A stretch of DNA of 64,000 nucleotides. Origin: Eledone cirrhosa (Eukaryota). The stretch spans positions 297,352,001 to 297,416,000 of the forward strand of contig OZ024742.1 of the NCBI GenBank assembly GCA_964016885.1. Direction: 5' to 3'. Shown one piece after another: positions 61,378 to 64,000 of the stretch (the stretch's first letter is position 1; each line of letters starts with the position of its first letter). Under the pieces are notes generated by a model that searched no databases, was not told where the DNA came from, and worked only from the letters and a program-made list of their open reading frames with translations. The translations under genes were made by a program, and so were the position numbers.

Positions 61378-64000
61378 TCATCATCATCATCATCAACGTT
61401 TAACGTCCGTGTTCCACGCTTGCATGGGTTTGGACGGGGGTAGTCCCGCTTGAGGCAAGAGTGATTGTCTTGCTCGCATAGGACTGTCTGGCAGGTTTTC
61501 TACAGTTGGATGCCCTTCCTAACACCAACCACATTTACAGTGTGGGACTGGGAGGTTTTTACCGTGTTGCCTACACGGCCACATTACAGCGTGGACTGTG
61601 TGTTTTTTTGTCATGACACCTACACGATCTCATTTGTTTCGGCCTGGATGGCGCGGCACCAGCATAACTTTACATAGAACGGGGTGGTATGGATGGGGTG
61701 GGGGTGGTGGTGGTGGGACGGGGTGTATTTTGTTAGAGATGCCTACTGGCTGGAGTAGGTTTTACTATATATTTAGGTAAGGCGGGTCTTCTCTGTTACT
61801 GAGTACCGCCAAAGGTCTTGGTCCAGTGACATTGTCTTGGAGAGGTGTAAGTGTGTGATGTCGGAGTTTATCAGCTCGTCCCAGGTTTTTCTAGGTCTGC
61901 CTATTCCGTGACTACCGTCTATCTTTATTGCCCTGCACTTTGTTATACAGCTATCGACTTTCATGCGCATCACGTGTCCATACCAACGTAGCCTTCTCTC
62001 GAGTAAACAACATCTGATCCCTCTTATCTCTAATTTTTTCCTTAGTTCGTTTATGCTTTGCCGTTCACGTATATTACTGTTACACATCCAGCGGAGCATG
62101 CAAGCTTCATTCCTCTCTAGTCTGCGTATATCCTCTGCACACAATGCCCAGGTCTCACTGCCATGCAGCATTGCTGTTCGTATGCAGGCATCGTACAACC
62201 TGCCTTTCATTTTTAGGGAGAACCCTTTAGCAGCTAATAGTGGTATAAGCTCTCTGAACTTTTTCCAACCAGTTCTGACTCTAGCTACAGTACTTTCAGA
62301 GCACCCTCCCCCACTGCTGATTTTATCGCCCAGGTAACGGAAGCTGTCCACTATTTCTATAGAACCCTCTGCGCAATTGAAAGAGCTAGTATTTTGTGGG
62401 CACTTGCTGCTACTTATTGCACCAGAACACCGGCCACATGTAAAATCTATGTTTTTAGTTAGCTTACCTTTGATCCCACTACATCTTTTATGCACCCATA
62501 CTTTGCATTTAGGACATAAAATGGAGTTTCTACCTACGCCTTTCCTACACACCGAGCACGACCATTTCCCAGAAGGGATCGCCGCCTTGTTTTCTTTCCT
62601 ACAAACTAGAACTTTGGTCTTAGCCAGGTTAATTTTAAGTCCTTTTGACTCTAGGCCGTGCTTCCATGTTTGGAATTTCTTCTCTAGCTCGGCCATTGAT
62701 TCCGCTATGAGTGTCAGGTCGTCTGCGTATAGGAGTTCCCATGGGCAGCCTGTCTTGAACTTCTCTGTTATAGCCTGAAGGGCAATAATAAATAGTAGGG
62801 GGCTGAGAACAGAGCCCTGATGGACGCCAACTTTTACGCTAAACTCTTCACTATATTCGTTGTTAATTCTAACCTTGCTGACTGTTTCTTTATACATGGC
62901 TTGTATAGCCCTCACAAGCCATTCGTCAACGCCTAGTTTTCTAAGAGCCCACCAGATAATGGAGCGGGGGACTCTGTCGAAGGCTTTCTCCAAGTCGACA
63001 AAAGCTAAGTAGAGGGGTTTACCTTTAGCTAGGTACTTCTCCTGTAGTTGTCGTACTATGAAAAGAGCGTCTGTGGTACTTTTGCCTGACACAAACCCGA
63101 ACTGCATTTCATCTAGGTCAATTCTCTCTCTGATTAGTTGCGCTATTACTTTTTCCGTGACCTTCATGACCTGGTCGATTAATTTAATGCCTCTATAGTT
63201 ACTCCTATCTAGGGCGTCTCCTTTACCCTTATAACAGTTAACGATGATGCTGCTATGCCAGTCCTTCGGAACAACCCCATTCTGTACGACTTGGTTAACT
63301 ATGCGGGTGACCATGGTGTGTCCCACCGTGCCAGATGCCTTCAGCATCTCAGCAACTATTTCCGAAGGCCCAGCCGCCTTACCCGTCTTCATATCCTTGA
63401 TTGCCTTACTTATTATACTCCCCTCGACTAACACTGCTGGTCCCTCTATTGGGTCGATATGGGGGAGACTGTCTTTCTCCCATTTATTCTCCTCATTTAG
63501 TAGCCTTTCATAGTGACACTTCCAAGCTACCTTCTTATCAGCGTCGGTGATGGCAAGTGTGCCATCGTCGTTTAGTACACACTTCTCCCCGACAATATCA
63601 CGGTTTTCCTTGACGCATTGCCTAGCAATCCTGAACACCTCACGTTTTTGGTCATCGCGTTGTAGAACATGCTTGAACTTTCTTTCCTCAGCTTCCCTTC
63701 TTGCTAAGTACACTTGTCTCCTAGCTTCCCTCCTGGCCACTTGATAGTCTTCTCTACTTCCCCCATCCCGCCATACTTTCCAAGCCTGCTTTTTGGCCTT
63801 AATTGACCCCTCCACCTTACTGTTCCACCACCATGTTACTCTCCTCCTGCCTACAGGCCTGCTCCAGCCACAGACTTCGTCTGTCGCCAACAGCAGGTTT
63901 GCTTTCAGAAATTCCCACTCTCCCTCTATATTGTCCGACTCTAAATGTTCTTCCTTACTGTCGAAAGCATCAAGTAATATGCTTTGAAATTTATTCCTGG
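61378..64000 (-). mobile_element. RTE-clade LINE, young, extends past the window end
   Basis: Uninterrupted ORF, ~400-nt 3'UTR and (gat)n tail at 61378-61394. Confidence 0.95.
61773..64000 (-). CDS. RTE ORF (partial): RT with YADD, PHD-like zinc finger and C-terminal domain
   Basis: The frame stays open upstream of 63890 to the window edge (RNKFQSILL...EWEFLKANLL). Motifs GKAAGPS, NYRGIKL, QFGFV, FVDLEKAFDRV, GVHQGSVLSP, LLYADDL, WYGHVMR, GRPRKTW. Confidence 0.93.
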   Translation of the reverse strand, partial: RNKFQSILLDAFDSKEEHLESDNIEGEWEFLKANLLLATDEVCGWSRPVGRRRVTWWWNSKVEGSIKAKKQAWKVWRDGGSREDYQVARREARRQVYLARREAEERKFKHVLQRDDQKREVFRIARQCVKENRDIVGEKCVLNDDGTLAITDADKKVAWKCHYERLLNEENKWEKDSLPHIDPIEGPAVLVEGSIISKAIKDMKTGKAAGPSEIVAEMLKASGTVGHTMVTRIVNQVVQNGVVPKDWHSSIIVNCYKGKGDALDRSNYRGIKLIDQVMKVTEKVIAQLIRERIDLDEMQFGFVSGKSTTDALFIVRQLQEKYLAKGKPLYLAFVDLEKAFDRVPRSIIWWALRKLGVDEWLVRAIQAMYKETVSKVRINNEYSEEFSVKVGVHQGSVLSPLLFIIALQAITEKFKTGCPWELLYADDLTLIAESMAELEKKFQTWKHGLESKGLKINLAKTKVLVCRKENKAAIPSGKWSCSVCRKGVGRNSILCPKCKVWVHKRCSGIKGKLTKNIDFTCGRCSGAISSSKCPQNTSSFNCAEGSIEIVDSFRYLGDKISSGGGCSESTVARVRTGWKKFRELIPLLAAKGFSLKMKGRLYDACIRTAMLHGSETWALCAEDIRRLERNEACMLRWMCNSNIRERQSINELRKKLEIRGIRCCLLERRLRWYGHVMRMKVDSCITKCRAIKIDGSHGIGRPRKTWDELINSDITHLHLSKTMSLDQDLWRYSVTEKTRLT

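Overview
AT-rich, repeat-dominated animal (eukaryotic) DNA. The SINE/LINE repertoire and the (TA)n/(CA)n/(GAT)n density suggest a cephalopod such as octopus; this is inference. No host protein-coding gene could be supported. All convincing ORFs belong to retroelements: a decayed Penelope-like element (RT thumb + GIY-YIG, 1-947), a decayed CRE-type RLE non-LTR element (8.5-10 kb), a frameshifted RTE LINE with a TSD (31.3-33.0 kb), and an RTE LINE whose ORF is open to the window edge and carries a C4HC3 PHD-like finger just after the RT core (61.4-64 kb), plus many truncated relatives. There are also tRNA-derived Nin-domain and CORE-like SINEs, Helitron-type ends and piggyBac-like MITE remnants. 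The main hidden signal is a set of eight type-I minimal hammerhead ribozyme motifs (one with a core mutation) from six sequence-unrelated, non-coding elements. Most sit in microsatellites and have a palindromic or near-palindromic helix III. Helix II ranges from 15 to 96 nt, including a branched form. In two families the 5' end of the element lies 11-18 nt downstream of the ribozyme cleavage site, pointing to non-autonomous, ribozyme-processed Penelope/retrozyme-like retroelements. All structures were read by eye and coordinates of decayed repeats are approximate.
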